The notes under the pieces were generated by a model, which was given only the letters and a program-made list of their open reading frames with translations, searched no databases and had not been told where the DNA came from. A stretch of DNA of 63,991 nt, the filler included, from Octopus bimaculoides (lineage: Eukaryota): the NCBI RefSeq assembly GCF_001194135.2. It is 5 parts of 4 records of this genome, joined end to end, with 100 filler letters (N's around TTAATTAATTAA, not from the genome) between each part and the next. Parts side by side here need not be neighbours in the genome. Positions count along the whole stretch, not along the records: positions 62,408 to 63,991 come from NC_068989.1; 4 more parts are not named here. One strand, 5' to 3'. Positions within the stretch are counted from its first letter, which is position 1, and each line of letters begins with the position of its first letter. Below, in pieces: positions 63,068 to 63,991 of the stretch. The position numbers were made by a program, and so were the translations under genes.

Positions 63068-63095
63068 NNNNNNNNNNAATCTATCTATCAATCTT

Positions 63096-63145
<50 letters not shown>

Positions 63146-63167
63146 CATCTATCTATCTATCTATCTT
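62968..63167. repeat. (ATCT)n microsatellite
   Basis: Visible run with a small gap. Confidence 0.97.
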
Positions 63168-63991
63168 TATAGTTATGTATGCATACGCAAATACACATGC
63201 TCATACACAAACACGCACACACACGTACACACATACACGCATACACACAGGCCCACATACATACACACATATATAGCAGGAATCTAGGAAGTATTCTGAA
63301 TACGAAAAGTTAAGATGTAGATAGGTACGCACCAGGATGATGTATATAGTGTATATAGTGTTCATGTGATTTAGACAGGTAGGTATATCAACGGTGTTAT
63401 AGGCATAAAGTGGTGTTTTGATAATACTTTACAGCTGTTCCTTGAATAGTTTTCTCTTTGGTGCAGATCTGTGTATATTTTCCGTAATACAAATGGTTAC
63501 TTGCAACGTATGCCATCGTTAGAAGAAGAATGAGAAAATACGAATAGGAATGAGAAAATGAGAATTCTGAATAGAAAAGCTGTTATGTCAAAAACCTAAA
63601 CCGAATGAGCAATGCAATTAAATGAAATTCAATAGAAGCATTTTTGAGAGGGGGTGTGTATACGAGGAAAGTTTGAGAAAGAGAGAAAATGAGACGTGAA
63701 ATGATGATGTGGGAAGTTACTGGTGGGTGAGCTTAGAAATCTGGTGCAATCCGGAAAAAGTTGAAGGATGAGCCATAAGTGTAAAAGGAAAGGGTGATAA
63801 AAGGGGATAATATACGTCAGGAAAGATTGCTAAGTAGTTTGTCTTTAACGCTCAGTATCCGATAGGTAAGAAGTTTGGGATTAGCCTTTAAGTGAAGAAG
63901 TAAAGAACAGAGAAGGGGAACATTAAGATGGAACATTTTTGATAATGTATGCGTCCCAACAAGTGATGTGCGTGTATATATATATATATAT

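Overview
Repeat-dominated, gap-rich eukaryotic window, most likely from an octopus (inferred from the tRNA-derived SINE families and the microsatellite load, not from a database search). Most ORFs in the supplied track are artefacts of microsatellites and N-gaps. Supported coding sequence: a + strand extracellular-protein gene with a phase-1 Ser/Thr/Pro mucin-like exon (5414-5767, absent from the ORF track) that splices in frame to a von Willebrand factor A exon with an intact MIDAS motif (11300-11896). A possible unidentified gene lies on the - strand (exons 49220-49314, 25245-25299, 21996-22188). Mobile elements: a Tigger/pogo copy interrupted by an internally deleted mariner, a Penelope-like GIY-YIG fragment, R4/Dong-type RLE LINE fragments associated with (TAA)n, an ORF1-only L1/Tx1-like element inside an LTR that is followed by a tRNA-Ser PBS, Helitron and piggyBac relics, and about 30 SINE copies from four modular families. 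The most interesting signal is a set of ORF-less elements carrying minimal type I hammerhead ribozyme motifs. These include a ~420-bp spacer-less palindrome with one hammerhead per arm (44183-44605) and a ~160-bp family with an atypical core (16680-16832, 20552-20712, 2205-2340). They are candidate non-autonomous Penelope/retrozyme-like elements. All family assignments come from motif recognition by eye.
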